Source of the DNA: Choristocarpus tenellus KU-1152
Lineage: Eukaryota > Protista > Phaeophyceae
DNA: 64,000 bases
Reading direction: 5' to 3'
Assembly (NCBI GenBank): GCA_964200185.2
Contig: CAXNAD020000003.1
Coordinates: 1 to 64,000, forward strand
Shown piece by piece: positions 63,066 through 64,000 of the stretch. The stretch's first letter is position 1. Each line of letters begins with the position of its first letter. The position numbers and the translations under genes were made by a program. The notes beneath the pieces are model-generated. The model worked only from the letters and a program-made list of their open reading frames with translations, searched no databases and was not told the origin of the DNA.

Positions 63066-64000
63066 TAACATTGAACAGGCAGATTTATTGATCATAATCA
63101 CAAAGCAGAGTGAAACAGTTGAAATCACACATGTACACACTCTCTTTTTTGCTGAGATGGAGTCTTGTTTTGCTGTTTGTGTGCATTTGTAGACATGACC
63201 TTAGACATGACATTTTAGGTATATAGTGTGCTTACTGGGTAGGCTGTAGCTGGCAAAGTGGCTAGGTAGGCAGGTAGGTAGGTAGCATCATTGTTGAGTG
63301 GTAAATGGCATGACTGTGAGCAGCATGATCTCTTAACTTCTTCAGAATAGAGCCATTTTGACAAGATATACCAAATGCTTTTTTTGTTAATGAGTACAGA
63401 GATAGAGAACCAAAGGTGTATGATGTTAATAGTGATAGAGAGATATTTACAGATGTACACTGACTTACCTTTATTGATAGGTAGTATTACCTCACTATTA
63501 CCTCACTATGAAAAAATGATATGCGGTATTGATGGGGTGTTCATGGTTGACATATGCAGTTGCTGTAATGGTTAGATGATAATTACTGCTTCATTCCCAA
63601 GTGACACATTACTCTTGGTAGGCACAGCTCACCAAAAGGGTGTATTGGATCACTACTCTTTACTTTTTTTAACCTCTGACATAATTTCCACTCTGAATAC
63701 GTCATCAATTGTCACCTTCACTTTGGATGTCGATAGGAGGTTCAGGAGACCCAGGTTTTTCCATTGTATGCTGACCAATATCTTCTTGAGCTTCAAGAAT
63801 GATAATGTCAAATATGGACTGTGTTGGCAGCCTAAATGAGAGGATTCAAGTTTTGTTCTGAAAATTTTATCTGAGAAGGTTGCATTTTGGGGCGTAATTG
63901 TCCTGACTCTTCCCAAATTTTTCCGTCTTTGTTTGAAATCACTTTGTATGCATTGATCACAAATGACATGAGCCTTGAGGTGATATTCTGTTGTTTGACA

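Overview
This is eukaryotic nuclear DNA, AT-rich and intron-rich. It is most likely from a photosynthetic stramenopile (ochrophyte, brown-alga-like), inferred from bipartite signal+ASAFAP-type plastid presequences, a nucleus-encoded plastid L15 and TTAGGG repeats. I reconstructed eight spliced genes by hand: a plastid-type RGG+SAP protein (-, 3' end unresolved), 2-isopropylmalate synthase (+, 15 exons), an ER-retained MINPP-like histidine phosphatase (-, 8 exons), plastid ribosomal protein L15 (+, 5 exons), a DUF1415 protein (-, 4 exons), a phosducin/thioredoxin-like protein (+, 7 exons), a DUF4460/TCAIM-like protein (-, 5 exons) and the spliceosomal DEAH helicase DHX16/Prp2 (+, 12 exons, running off the window). 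Three observations stand out. (1) 4 of the 12 visible DHX16 donors are GC (all AG|GCAAGT), versus 0 of 41 in the other seven genes. (2) All eight genes sit in four head-to-head pairs with 277-684 bp between start codons. (3) These pair centres are CpG-rich with short introns, while distal introns are long, CpG-poor and full of tandem repeats and transposon relics. All exon models and family assignments are manual, from motif recognition without database searches.
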